From: Eledone cirrhosa
Taxonomy: Eukaryota
Assembly: GCA_964016885.1 (NCBI GenBank)
Contig: OZ024741.1
Coordinates: 115,568,001-115,632,000 of the forward strand
Direction of reading: 5' to 3'
DNA: 64,000 nt
Below, in pieces: positions 43,570-58,771 of the stretch. Position 1 is the first letter of the stretch. Each line of letters starts with the position of its first letter. A program made the position numbers and the translations under genes. A model generated the notes under the pieces. It was not told the DNA's origin, did not search any database, and saw nothing but the letters and a program-made list of their open reading frames with translations.

Positions 43570-46500
43570 AAAGATATTATTGAGGTAGGGGTTACAATTG
43601 TCATAGAATATAGATATAACTCTGATCGAAAGAAATACTTGAGGTGGGGGTTACATTTGTCATAGAATAGAGATATAACACTGATTGAAAGATGATCTGG
43701 AGGTAGGGTTACATTTGTCATAGAATATAGATATAACTCTGTTTGAAAGATGTTCTTGAGATGGGGGTTACATATGTCATAGAATATAGATATAACTCAG
43801 ATTGAAAGATGTTCTTGAGGTGGGGTTACATTTGTCATAGAATATAGATATAACTCTGATTGAAAGATGTTCTTGAGGTGGGGGTTACATTTGTCATAGA
43901 ATATAGATATAACACTGATTGAAAGATTTTGTTGAGGTAGGGGTTACATTTGTCATAGAATATAGATATAACTATGATTGAAAGATGTTCTTGAAGTAGG
44001 GGTTACATTTGTCATAGAATATAGATATAACTCTGAATGCAAGATATTCTTAGGTAGGGGTTACATTTGTCATAGAATATAGATATAACACTGATTGAAA
44101 GATTTTGTTGAGGTAGGGGTTACATTTTTCATAGAATATAGATATAACTATGATTGATAGATATTCTTGAGGTAGGGGTTACATTTGTCATAGAATATAG
44201 ATATAACGCTGATTGAAAGATTATCTTGAAGTAGGGGTTACAATTGTCATAGGATATAGATATAACTCTGATTGAAAGATGTTCTTGAGATGGGGGTTAC
44301 ATTTGTCATAGAATATAGATATAACTCTGATTGAAAGATGTTCTTGATGTGGAGGTTACATTTGTCATAGAATATAGATATAACTCTGATAGAAAGATGT
44401 TCTTGAGGTGGGGGTTACATTTGTCATAGAATATAGATATAACTCTGATAGAAAGATGTTCTTGAGATGGGGGTTACATTTGTCATAGAATATAGATATA
44501 ACTCTGATAGAAAGATGTACTTGAGGTGGGGGTTACATTTGTCATAGAATATAGATATAACTCTGAGAGAAAGATGTTCTTGAGGTGGGGTTACATTTGT
44601 CATAGAATATAGATATAACTCTGAGAGAAAGATGTACTTGAGGTGGGGGTTACATTTGTCATAGAATATAGATATAACCCTGATTGAAAGATGTTCTGGA
44701 GGTGGGGTTACATTTGTCATAGAATATAGATATAACTCAGAATAAAAGATTATCTTGAGGTAGGGGTTACATTTGTTATAGAATATAGATATAACCCTGA
44801 TTGAAAGATGTTCTTGAGGTGGGGGTTACCTTTGTCATAGAATATAGATATAACTCTGATAGAAAGATGTTCTTGAGGTGGGGGTTACATTTGTCATAGA
44901 ATATAGATATAACTCTGATAGAAAGATGTTCTTGAGATGGGGGTTACATTTGTCATAGAATATAGATATAACTCTGATAGAAAGATGTTCTTGAGGTGGG
45001 GGTTACATTTGTCATAGAATATAGATATAACTCTGATAGAAAGATGTTCTTGAGGTGGGGGTTACATTTGTCATAGAATATAGATATAACTCTGAGAGAA
45101 AGATGTTCTTGAGGTGGGGGTTACATTTGTCATAGAATATAGATATAACCCTGATTGAAAGATGTTCTGGAGGTGGGGTTACATTTGTCATAGAATATAG
45201 ATATAACTCAGAATAAAAGATTATCTTGAGGTAGGGGTTACATTTGTTATAGAATATAGATATAACCCTGATTGAAAGATGTTCTTGAGGTGGGGGTTAC
45301 CTTTGTCATAGAATATAGATATAACTCTGATAGAAAGATGTTCTTGAGGTGGGGGTTACATTTGTCATAGAATATAGATATAACTCTTATAGAAAGATGT
45401 TCTTGAGGTGGGGGTTACATTTGTCATAGAATATAGATATAACTCTGATAGAAAGATGTTCTTGAGGTGGGGGTTACATTTGTCATAGAATATAGATATA
45501 ACTCTGAGAGAAAGATGTTCTTGAGGTGGGGGTTACATTTGTCATAGAATATAGATATAACCCTGATTGAAAGATGTTCTGGAGGTGGGGTTACATTTGT
45601 CATAGAATATAGATATAACTCAGAATAAAAGATTATCTTGAGGTAGGGGTTACATTTGTTATAGAATATAGATATAAACCTGATTGAAAGATGTTCTTGA
45701 GGTGGGGGTTACATTTGTCATAGAATATAGATATAACTCTGATAGAAAGATGTTCTTGAGGTGGGGGTTACATTTGTCAATGAGTATAGATATAACTCTG
45801 ACTGAAAGATGTTCTTGAGGTGGGGTTACATTTGTCATAGAATATAGATATAACTCTGACTGAAAGATGTTCTTGAGGTGGGGGTTACAATTGTCATAGA
45901 ATATAGATATAACTCTGATAGAAAGATGTTCTTGGGGTAGGGGTTACATTTGTCATAGAATATACATATAATTCTGACTGAAAGATGTTCTTGAGGTGGG
46001 GGTTACATTTGTCATAGAAGATATAGATATAACTCTGAATGAAAGATGTTCTTGAGGTGGGGGTTACATTTGTCATAGAATATACATATAATTCTGACTG
46101 AAAAATGTTCTTGAGGTGGGGGTTACATTTGTCATAGAATATAGATATAACTCTGATAGAAAGATGTTCTTGGGGTAGGGGTTACATTTGTCATAGAATA
46201 TACATATAATTCTGACTGAAAGATGTTCTTGAGGTGGGGGTTACATTTGTCATAGAATATAGATATAACTCTGAGTGAAAGATGTTCTTGAGGTGGGGGT
46301 TACATTTGTCATAGAATATAGATATAACTCTGATAGAAAGATGTTCTTGGCGTAGGGGTTACATTTGTCATAGAATATACATATAATTCCGACTGAAAGA
46401 TGTTCTTGAGGTGGGGGTTACATTTGTCATAGAATATAGATATAACTCTGATAGAAAGATGTTCTTGGGGTAGGGGTTACATTTGTCATAGAATATACAT

Positions 46501-49500
46501 ATAATTCTGACTGAAAGATGTTCTTGAGGTGGGGGTTACATTTGTCATAGAATATAGATATAACTCTGACTGAAAGATGTTCTTGAGGAGGGGGTTACAT
46601 TTGTCATAGAATATACATATAATTCTGACTGAAGGATGTTTTTGAGGTGGGGGGTTACATTTGTCATAGAATATAGATATATCTCTGAATGAAATATGTA
46701 CTTGAAGTAGGGGTTACATTTGTCATAGAATATAGATATAACCCTGATTGAAAGATTTTGTTGAGGTGGGGGTTACATTTGTCATAGAATATAGATATAA
46801 CTCTGATTGAAAGATTTTGTTGAGGTGGGGGTTACATTTGTCGTAGAATATAGATATAACACTGATTGAAAGATTTTGTTGAGGTGGGGGTTACATTTGT
46901 CATAGAATATAGATATAACTCTGATTGAAAGATTTTGTTGAGGTGGGGGGTTACATTTGTCATAGAATGTAGATATAACTCTGATAGAAAGATGATCTTG
47001 AGGTAGGGGTTACATTTGTTATAGAATATAGATATAACTCTGATTGAAAGATGTTCTTGAGGTGGGGGTTACATTTGTCATAGAATATAGATGTAACTCT
47101 GATTGAAAGATGTTCTTGGGGTGGGGGTTACATTTGTCATAGAATATAGATATAACTCTGATTGAAAGATGTTCTTGAGGTGGGGGGTTACATTTGTCAT
47201 AGAATATATATATAACTCTGATAGAAAGATATTCTTGAGGTTGGGGTTACATTTGTCATAGAATATAGATATAACCCTGATTGAAAGATGTTCTGGAGGT
47301 GGGGTTACATTTGTCATAGAATATAGATATAACTCTGACTGAAAGATATTATTGAGGTAGGGGTTACAATTGTCATAGAATATAGATATAACTCTGATCG
47401 AAAGATATACTTGAGGTGAGGGTTACATTTGTCATAGAATATAGATATAACTCTGATTGAAAGATGTTCTTGAGGTGAGGGTTACATTTGTCATAGAATA
47501 TAGATATAACTCTGATTGAAAGATGTTCTTGAGTTGGGGTTACATTTGTCATAGGATCTAGATATAACCCTGATGGAAAGATGTTTTTGAGGTGGGGGTT
47601 ACATATGTCATAGAATATAGATATAACTCTGATTGAAAGATGTTCTTGAGGTGGGGGTTACATTTGTCATAGAATATAGATATAACTCTGATTGAAAGAT
47701 GTTCTTGAGGTGGGGGTTACATTTGTCATAGAATATAGATATAAGTCTGATTGAAAGATGTTCTTGAGGTGGGGGTTACATTTGTCATAGAATATAGATA
47801 TAACTATCATTGAAAGATGTTCTTGAGGTAGGGGTTAAATTTGTCATAGAATATAGATATAACTCTGATTGAAAGATGTTCTTGGGGTAGGGGTTACATT
47901 TGTCATAGAATATACATATAATTCTGACTGAAAGATATTCTTCAGGTGGGGGTTACATTTGTCATAGAACATAGATATAACTCTGACTGAAAGATGTTCT
48001 TGAGGTGGGGGTTACATTTGTCATAGAATATACATATAATTCTGACTGAAAAATGTTCTTGAGGTGGGGGTTACATTTGTCATAGAATATAGATATAACT
48101 CTGATAGAAAGATGTTCTTGGGGTAGGAGTTACATTTGTCATAGAATATACATATAATTCTGAGTGAAAGATATTCTTGAGGTGGGGGTTACATTTGTCA
48201 TAGAATATAGATATAACTCTGAGTGAAAGATGTTCTTGAGGTGGGGGTTACATTTGTCATAGAATATAGATATAACTCTGTTTGAAAGATGTTCTTGGGG
48301 TAGGGGTTACATTTGTCATAGAATATAGATATAACTCTGATTGAAAGATTTTCTTGAGGTGAGGGTTACATTTCTCATGGAAAATAGATATAACTCTGAT
48401 TGAAAGATGTTCTTGAGTTGGGGTTACATTTGTCATAGGATATAGATATAACCCTGATGGAAAGATGTTCTTGAGGTGGGGGTTACATTTGTCATAGAAT
48501 ATAGATATAATTCTGATTGAAAGATTTTGTTGAGGTAGGGGTTACATTTGTCATAGAATATAGATATAACTCTGATTGAAAAATTTTGTAGAGGTGGGGG
48601 TTACATTTGTCATAGAATATAGATATAGCTCTGATAGAAAGATGTTCTTGAGGTGGGGGATACATTTGTCATAGAATATAGATATAACCCTGATTGAAAG
48701 ATGTTCTGGAGGTGGGGTTACATTTGTCATAGAATATAGATATAACTCAGACTAAAAGATTATCGAGGTAGGGGTTACATTTGTTATAGAATATAGATAT
48801 AACCCTGATTGAAAGATGTTCTTGAGGTGGTGGTTACATTTGTCATAGAATATAGATATAACTCTGATTGAAAGACGTTCTTGAGGTGGAGGTTACATTT
48901 GTCATAGAATATAGATATAACTCTAATTGAAAGATGTTCTTGAGTTGGGGGTTACATTTGTCATAGAATATAGATATAACTCTGATTGAAAGATGTTCTT
49001 GAGGTGGGGGTTACAATTGTCATAGAATATAGATATAACTCTCATTGAAAGATGTTCTTGAGGTGGGGGTTACATTTGTCATAGAATATAGATATAAACC
49101 AGAAGGAAAGATGTTCTTGAGGTGGGGGTTACATTTGTCATAGAATATAGATATAACTCTGATTGAAAGATGTTCTTGAGGTGGGAGTTACATTTGTCAT
49201 AGAATATAGATATAACTCTGACTGAAAGATGTTCTTGAGGTGGGGGTTACATTTGTCATAGAATATACATATAATTCTGACTGAAAAATATTCTTGAGGT
49301 GGGGGTTACATTTGTCATAGAATATAGATATAACTCGGATAGAAAGATGTTCTTGGGGTAGGGGTTATATTTGTCGTAGAATATACATATAATTCTGACT
49401 GAAAGATGTTCTTGAGGTGGGGGTTACATTTGTCATAGAATATAGATATAACTCTGATAGAAAGATGTTCTTGGGGTAGGGGTTACATTTGTCATAGAAT

Positions 49501-52500
49501 ATACATATAATTCTGACTGAAAGATGTTTTTGAGGTGGGGATTACATTTGTCATAGAATATAGATATAACTCTGAGTGAAAGATGTTCTTGAGGTGGGGG
49601 TTACATTTGTCATAGAATATAGATATAACTCTGATAGAAAGATGTTCTTGGGGTAGGGGTCACATTTGTCATAGAATATACATATAATTCTGACTGAAAG
49701 ATGTTCTTGAGGTGGGGGTTACATTTGTCATAGAACATAGATATAACTCTGACTGAAAGATGTTCTTGAGGTGGGGTTACATTTGTCATAGAATATAGAT
49801 ATAACTCTGATAGAAAGATGTTCTTGGGGTAGGGGTTACATTTGTCATAGAATATAGATATAACTCTGATAGAAAGTTATTCTTGGGGTAGGGGTTACAT
49901 TTGTCATAGAATATACATATAATTCTGACTGAAAGATGTTCTTGAGGTGGGGGTTACATTTGTCATAGAACATAGATATAACTCTGACTGAAAGATGTTC
50001 TTGAGGTGGGGGTTACATTTGTCATAGAATATAGATATAACTCTGATAGAAAGTTGTTCTTGGGGTAGGGGTTACATTTGTCATAGAATATACATATAAT
50101 TCTGACTGAAATATATTCTTGAGGTGGGGGTTACATTTGTCATAGAAAATTGATATAACTCTGATAGAAAGTTGTTCTTGGGGTAGGGGTTACATTTGTC
50201 ATAGAATATAGATATAACTCTGACTGAAAGATATTATTGAGGTAGGGGTTACAATTGTCATAGAATATAGATATAACTCTGATCGAAAGATATACTTGAG
50301 GTGGGGGTTACATTTCTCATGGAATATAGATATAACTCTGATTGAAAGATGTTCTTGAGGTGAGGGTTACATTTCTCATGGAATATAGATATAACTCTGA
50401 TTGAAAGATGTTCTTGAGTTGGGGTTACATTTGTCATAGGATATAGATATAACCCTGATGGAAAGATGTTCTTGAGGTGGGGGTTACATTTGTCATAGAA
50501 TATAGATATAACTCTGACTGAAAGATGTTCTTGAGGTGGGGGTTACATTTGTCATAGAATATAGATATAACTCTGATAGAAAGATGTTCTTGGGGTAGGG
50601 ATTACATTTGTCATAGAATATAGATATAACTCTGATAGAAAGATGTTCTTGAGGTGGGGGTTACATTTGTCATAGAATATAGATATAACTCTGACTGAAA
50701 GATGTTCTTGAGGTGGGGGTTACATTTGTCATAGAATATAGATATAACTCTGATAGAAAGATGTTCTTGGGGTAGGGGTTACATTTGTCATAGAATATAT
50801 ATATAACTCTGTTTGAAAGATGTTCTTGAGGTGGGGGTTACATTTGTCATAGAATATAGATATAACTCTGATCGAAAGATATACTTGAGGTGGGGGTTAC
50901 ATTTGTCATAGAATATAGATATAACTCAGATTGAAAGATGTTCTTGAGGTGAGGGTTACATTTCTCATGGAATATAGATATAACTCTGTTTGAAAGATGT
51001 GGTTGAGGTGGGGGTTACATTCGTCATAGAATATAGATATAACTCTGACTGAAAGATGTTCTTGAGGTGGGGGTTACATTTGTCATAGAATATAGATATA
51101 ACTCTGTTAGAAAGATGTTCTTGGGGTAAGGGTTACATTTGTCATAGAATATAGATATAACTCTGATTGAAAGATGTTCTTGAGTTGGGGTTACATTTGT
51201 CATAGGATATAGATATAACCCTGATGGAAAGATGTTCTTGAGGTGGGGGTTACATTTGTCATAGAATATAGATATAATTCTGATTGAAAGATTTTGTTGA
51301 GGTAGGGATTACATTTGTCATAGAATATAGATATAACTCTGATTGAAAAATTTTGTTGAGGTTGGGGTTACATTTGTCATAGAATATAGATATAGCTCTG
51401 ATAGAAAGATGTTCTTGAGTTGGGGGTTACATTTGTCATAGAATATAGATATAACTCTGATTGAAAGATGTTCTTGAGGTAGGGGTTACATTTGTCATAG
51501 AATATAGATATAACTCTGTTTGAAAGATGTTCTTGAGGTGGGGGTTACATTTGTCATAGAATATAGATATAACTCTGACTGAAAGATATTAATGAGGTAG
51601 AGGTTACAATTGTCATAGAATATAGATATAACTCTGATCGAAAGATATATTGAGGTGGGGGTTACATTTGTCATAGAATATAGATATAACTCTGATTGAA
51701 AGATGTTCTTGAGTTGGGGTTAGATTTGTCATAGGATATAGATATAACCCTGATGGAAAGATGTTCTTGAGGTAGGGGTTACATTTGTCATAGAATATAG
51801 ATATAACCCTGATTGAAAGATTTTGTTGAGGTGGGGGTTACATTTGTCATAGAATATAGATATAACTCTGATTGAAAGATTTTGTTGAGGTAGGGGTTAC
51901 ATTTGTCATAGAATATAGATATAACTCTGATTGAAAGATTTTGTTGAGGTAGGGGTTACATTTGTCATAGAATATAGATATAACTCTGATAGAAAGATGT
52001 TCTTGAGGTGGGGGTTAAATTTGTCATAGAATATAGATATAACCCTGATCGAAAGATGTTCTTGAGGTGGGGGTTACATTTGTCATAGAATATAGATATA
52101 ACTCTGTTTGAAAGATGTTCTTGAGGTGGGGGTTACATTTGTCATAGAATATAGATATAACTCTGATAGAAAGATGTTCTTGGGGTAGGGGTTACATTTG
52201 TCATAGAATATATATATAACTCTGTTTGAAAGATGTTCTTGAGGTGGGGGTTACATTTGTCATAGAATATAGATATAACTCTGACTGAAAGATATTAATG
52301 AGGTAGAGGTTACATTTGTCATAGAATATACATATAATTCTGATTGAAAGATGATCTTGAGGTAGGGGTTACATTTGTCATAGAATATAGATATAACTCT
52401 GATTGAAAGATTATCTTGACGTAGGGGTTACATTTGTCATAGAATATAGATATAACTCTGAGTGAAAGATGTTCTTGAGGTGGGGGTTACATTTGTCATA

Positions 52501-55500
52501 GAATATAGATATAACACTGATAGAAAGATGTTCTTGGGGTAGGAGTTACATTTGTCATAGAATATACATATAATTCTGACTGAAAGATGTTCTTGAGGTG
52601 GGGGTTACATTTGTCATAGAATATAGATATAACTCTGACTGAAAGATGTTCTTGAGGTGGGGGTTACATTTGTCATAGAATATAGTTATAACTCTGTCTG
52701 AAAGATGTTCTTGAGGTGGGGTTTAAATTTGTCATAGAATATAGATATAACTCTGATAGAAAGATGTTCTTGGGGTAGGGGTTACATTTGTCATAGAATA
52801 TATATATAACTCTGTTTGAAAGATGTTCTTGAGGTGGGGGTTACATTTGTCATAGAATATAGATATAACTCTGATCGAAAGATATACTTGAGGTGGGGGT
52901 TACATTTGTCATAGGATATAGATATAACTCTGATGGAAAGATGTTCTTGATGTGGGGGTTACATTTGTCATAGAATATAGATATAATCCTGATGGAAAGA
53001 TGTTCTTGAGGTGGGGGTTACATTTGTCATAGAATATAGATATAACTCTGATTGAAAGATTTTGTTGAGGTAGGGGTTACATTTGTCATAGAATATAGAT
53101 ATAACTCTGAGTGAAAGATGTTCTTGAGGTGGGCGTTACATTTGTCATAGAATATAGATATAACTCTGATAGAAAGATGTTCTTGGGGTGGGGGTTACAT
53201 TTGTCATAGAATATAGATATAACTCTGAGTGAAAGATGTTCTTGAGGTGGGGGTTTCATTTGTCATAGAATATAGATATAACTCTGATTGAAAGATTTTG
53301 TTGAGGTAGGGTTTACATTTGTCATAGAATATACATATAATTCTGACTGAAAAATATTCTTGAGGTGGGGGTTACATTTGTCATAGAATATAGATATAAC
53401 TCTGATAGAAAGTTGTTCTTGGGGTAGGGGTTACATTTGTCATAGAATATACGTATAATTCTGACTGAAAGATGTTCTTGAGGTGGGGGTTACATTTGTC
53501 ATAGAATATAGATATAACTCTGAGTGAAAGATGTTCTTGAGGTGGGGGTTACATTTGTCATAGAATATAGATATAACTCTGATAGAAAGATGTTCTTGAG
53601 GTGGGGGTTACATTTGTCATAGAATATAGATATAACTCTGTTTGAAAGATGTTCTTGAGGTGGGGGTTACATTTGTCATAGAATATAGATATAACTCTGA
53701 TAGAAAGATGTTCTTGGGGTAGGGGTTACATTTGTCATAGAATATACATATAATTCTGACTGAAAGATGTTCTTGAGGTGGGGGTTAAATTTGTCATAGA
53801 ATATAGATATAACTCTGATAGAAAGATGTTCTTGGGGTAGGGGTTACATTTGTCATAGAATATAGATATAACTCTGATTGAAAGATGTTCTTGACGTGGG
53901 GGTTACATTTGTCATAGAATATAGATGTAACTCTGATTGAAAGATGTTCTTGGGGTGGGGGTTACATTTGTCATAGAATATAGATATAACTCTGAGTGAA
54001 AGATGTACTTGGGGTGGGGGTTACATTTGTCATAGAATATAGATATAACTCTGAGTGAAAGATGTTCTTGAGGTGGGGTTACATTTGTCATAGAATATAG
54101 ATATAACTCTGATTGAAAGATTTTGTTGAGGTAGGGGTTACATTTGTCATAGAATATAGATATAACTCTGTTTGAAAGATGTTCTTGAGGTGGGGGTTAC
54201 ATTTGTCATAGAATATAGATATAACTCTGATTGAAAGATTTTGTTGAGGTAGGGGTTACATTTGTCATAGAATATAGATATAACTCTGAGTGAAAGATGT
54301 TCTTGGGGTGGGGTTACATTTGTCATAGAATATAGATATAACTCTGATTGAAAGATTTTGTTGAGGTAGGGGTTACATTTGTCATAGAATATAGATATAA
54401 CTCTGAGTGAAAGATGTTCTTGAGGTGGGGTTACATTTGTCATAGAATATAGATATAACTCTGATAGAAAGATGTTCTTGAGGTGGGGGTTTCATTTGTC
54501 ATAGAATATAGATATAACTCTGTTTGAAAGATGTTCTTGAGGTGGGGTTACATTTGTCATAGAATATAGATATAACTCTGAGAGAAAGATGTTCTTGGGG
54601 TAGGGGTTACATTTGTCATAGAATATACATATAATTCTGACTGAAAGATGTTCTTGAGGTGGGGGTTACATTTGTCATAGAATATAGATATAACTCTGAC
54701 TGAGAGATGTTCTTGAGGTGGGGGTTACATTTGTCATAGAATATTGTTATAACTCTGTCTGAAAGATGTTCTTGAGGTGGGGGTTAAATTTGTCATAGAA
54801 TATAGATATAACTCTGATAGAAAGATGTTCTTGGGGTAGGGGTTACATTTGTCATAGAATATATATATAACTCTGTTTGAAAGATGTTCTTGAGGTGGGG
54901 GTTACATTTGTCATAGAATATAGATATAACTCTGACTGAAAGATATTAATGAGGTAGGGGTTACAATTGTCATAGAATATAGATATAACTCTGATCGAAA
55001 GATATACTTGAGGTGGGGGTTACATTTGTCATAGAATATAGATATAACTCTGATTGAAAGATGTTCTTGAGGTGGGAGTTACATTTGTCATAGAATATAG
55101 ATATAACTCTGACTGAAAGATGTTCTTGATGTGGGGCTTACATTTGTCATAGAATATACATATAATTCTGACTGAAAAATGTTCTTGAGGTGGGGGTTAC
55201 ATTTGTCATAGAATATAGATATAACTCGGATAGAAAGATGTTCTTGGGGTAGGGGTTATATTTGTCGTAGAATATACATATAATTCTGACTGAAAGATGT
55301 TCTTGAGGTGGGGGTTACATTTGTCATAGAATATAGATATAACTCTGATAGAAAGATGTTCTTGGGGTAGGGGTTACATTTGTCATAGAATATACATATA
55401 ATTCTGACTGAAAGATGTTCTTGAGGTGGGGATTACATTTGTCATAGAATATAGATATAACTCTGAGTGAAAGATGTTCTTGAGGTGGGGGTTACATTTG

Positions 55501-58500
55501 TCATAGAATATAGATATAACTCTGATAGAAAGATGTTCTTGGGGTAGAGGTCACATTTGTCATAGAATATACATATAATTCTGACTGAAAGATGTTCTTG
55601 AGGTGGGGGTTGCATTTGTCATAGAACATAGGTATAACTCTGACTGAAAGATGTTCTTGAGGTGGGGGTTACATTTGTCATAGAATATAGATATAACTCT
55701 GATAGAAAGATGTTCTTGGGGTAGGGGTTACATTTGTCATAGAATATAGATATAACTCTGATAGAAAGTTATTCTTGGGGTAGGGGTTACATTTGTCATA
55801 GAATATACATATAATTCTGACTGAAAGATGTTCTTGAGGTGGGGGTTACATTTGTCATAGAACATAGATATAACTCTGACTGAAAGATGTTCTTGAGGTG
55901 GGTGTTACATTTGTCATAGAATATAGATATAACTCTGATAGAAAGATGTTCTTGGGGTAGGGGTTACATTTGTCATAGAATATAGATATAACTCTGATAG
56001 AAAGTTATTCTTGGGGTAGGGGTTACATTTGTCATAGAATATACATATAATTCTGACTGAAAGATGTTCTTGAGGTGGGGGTTGCATTTGTCATAGAACA
56101 TAGGTATAACTCTGACTGAAAGATGTTCTTGAGGTGGGGGTTACATTTGTCATAGAATATAGATATAACTCTGATAGAAAGATGTTCTTGAGGTGGGGGT
56201 TACATTTGTCATAGAACATAGATATAACTCAGATTGAAAGATGTTCTTGAGGTGAGGGTTACATTTCTCATGGAATATAGATATAACTCTGTTTGAAAGA
56301 TGTGGTTGAGGTGGGGGTTACATTCGTCATAGAATATAGATATAACTCTGACTGAAAGATGTTCTTGAGGTGGGGGTTACATTTGTCATAGAATATAGAT
56401 ATAACTCTGTTAGAAAGATGTTCTTGGGGTAAGGGTTACATTTGTCATAGAATATAGATATAACTCTGATTGAAAGATGTTCTTGAGTTGGGGTTACATT
56501 TGTCATAGGATATAGATAAAACCCTGATGGAAAGATGTTCTTGAGGTGGGGGTTACATTTGTCATAGAATATAGATATAATTCTGATTGAAAGATTTTGT
56601 TGAGGTAGGGATTACATTTGTCATAGAATATAGATATAACTCTGATTGAAAAATTTTGTTGAGGTTGGGGTTACATTTGTCATAGAATATAGATATAGCT
56701 CTGATAGAAAGATGTTCTTGAGTTGGGGGTTACATTTGTCATAGAATATAGATATAACTCTGATTGAAAGATGTTCTTGAGGTAGGGGTTACATTTGTCA
56801 TAGAATATAGATATAACTCTGTTTGAAAGATGTTCTTGAGGTGGGGGTTACATTTGTCATAGAATATAGATATAACTCTGACTGAAAGATATTAATGAGG
56901 TAGAGGTTACAATTGTCATAGAATATAGATATAACTCTGATCGAAAGATATACTTGAGGTGGGGGTTACATTTGTCATAGAATATAGATATAACTCTGAT
57001 TGAAAGATGTTCTTGAGTTGGGGTTACATTTGTCATAGGATATAGATATAACCCTGATGGAAAGATGTTCTTGAGGTAGGGGTTACATTTGTCATAGAAT
57101 ATAGATATAACTCTGATTGAAAGATGTGGTTGAGGTAGGGGTTACATTTGTCATAGAATATAGATATAACCCTGATTGAAAGATTTTGTTGAGGTGGGGG
57201 TTACATTTGTCATAGAATATAGATATAACTCTGATTGAAAGATTTTGTTGAGGTAGGGGTTACATTTGTCATAGAATATAGATATAACTCTGATTGAAAG
57301 ATTTTGTTGAGGTAGGGGTTACATTTGTCATAGAATATAGATATAACTCTGATAGAAAGATGTTCTTGAGGTGGGGGTTAAATTTGTCATAGAATATAGA
57401 TATAACCCTGATCGAAAGATGTTCTTGAGGTGGGGGTTACATTTGTCATAGAATATAGATATAACTCTGTTTGAAAGATGTTCTTGAGGTGGGGGTTACA
57501 TTTGTCATAGAATATAGATATAACTCTGATAGAAAGATGTTCTTGGGGTAGGGGTTACATTTGTCATAGAATATATATATAACTCTGTTTGAAAGATGTT
57601 CTTGAGGTGGGGGTTACATTTGTCATAGAATATAGATATAACTCTGACTGAAAGATATTAATGAGGTAGAGGTTACATTTGTCATAGAATATACATATAA
57701 TTCTGATTGAAAGATGATCTTGAGGTAGGGTTTACATTTGTCATAGAATATAGATATAACTCTGATTGAAAGATTATCTTGACGTAGGGGTTACATTTGT
57801 CATAGAATATAGATATAACTCTGAGTGAAAGATGTTCTTGAGGTGGGGGTTACATTTGTCATAGAATATAGATATAACACTGATAGAAAGATGTTCTTGG
57901 GGTAGGAGTTACATTTGTCATAGAATATACATATAATTCTGACTGAAAGATGTTCTTGAGGTGGGGGTTACATTTGTCATAGAATATAGATATAACTCTG
58001 ACTGAAAGATGTTCTTGAGGTGGGGGTTACATTTGTCATAGAATATAGTTATAACTCTGTCTGAAAGATGTTCTTGAGGTGGGGTTTAAATTTGTCATAG
58101 AATATAGATATAACTCTGATAGAAAGATGTTCTTGGGGTAGGGGTTACATTTGTCATAGAATATATATATAACTCTGTTTGAAAGATGTTCTTGAGGTGG
58201 GGGTTACATTTGTCATAGAATATAGATATAACTCTGATCGAAAGATATACTTGAGGTGGGGGTTACATTTGTCATAGGATATAGATATAACTCTGATGGA
58301 AAGATGTTCTTGATGTGGGGGTTACATTTGTCATAGAATATAGATATAATCCTGATGGAAAGATGTTCTTGAGGTGGGGGTTACATTTGTCATAGAATAT
58401 AGATATAACTCTGATTGAAAGATTTTGTTGAGGTAGGGGTTACATTTGTCATAGAATATAGATATAACTCTGAGTGAAAGATGTTCTTGAGGTGGGCGTT

Positions 58501-58771
58501 ACATTTGTCATAGAATATAGATATAACTCTGATAGAAAGATGTTCTTGGGGTGGGGGTTACATTTGTCATAGAATATAGATATAACTCTGAGTGAAAGAT
58601 GTTCTTGAGGTGGGGGTTTCATTTGTCATAGAATATAGATATAACTCTGATTGAAAGATTTTGTTGAGGTAGGGTTTACATTTGTCATAGAATATACATA
58701 TAATTCTGACTGAAAAATATTCTTGAGGTGGGGGTTACATTTGTCATAGAATATAGATATAACTCTGATAG
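43570..58771 (+). repeat. Copy 2 of the ~15.2-kb (~258-monomer) tandem segmental duplication
   Basis: It has the same ordered variant series as 28,426-43,569 and starts at a chimeric monomer (CTCTGATAGAAAG|ATATTATTGAGG at 43,561-43,584). It carries one extra 58-bp monomer at ~48,415-48,472. Confidence 0.93.
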
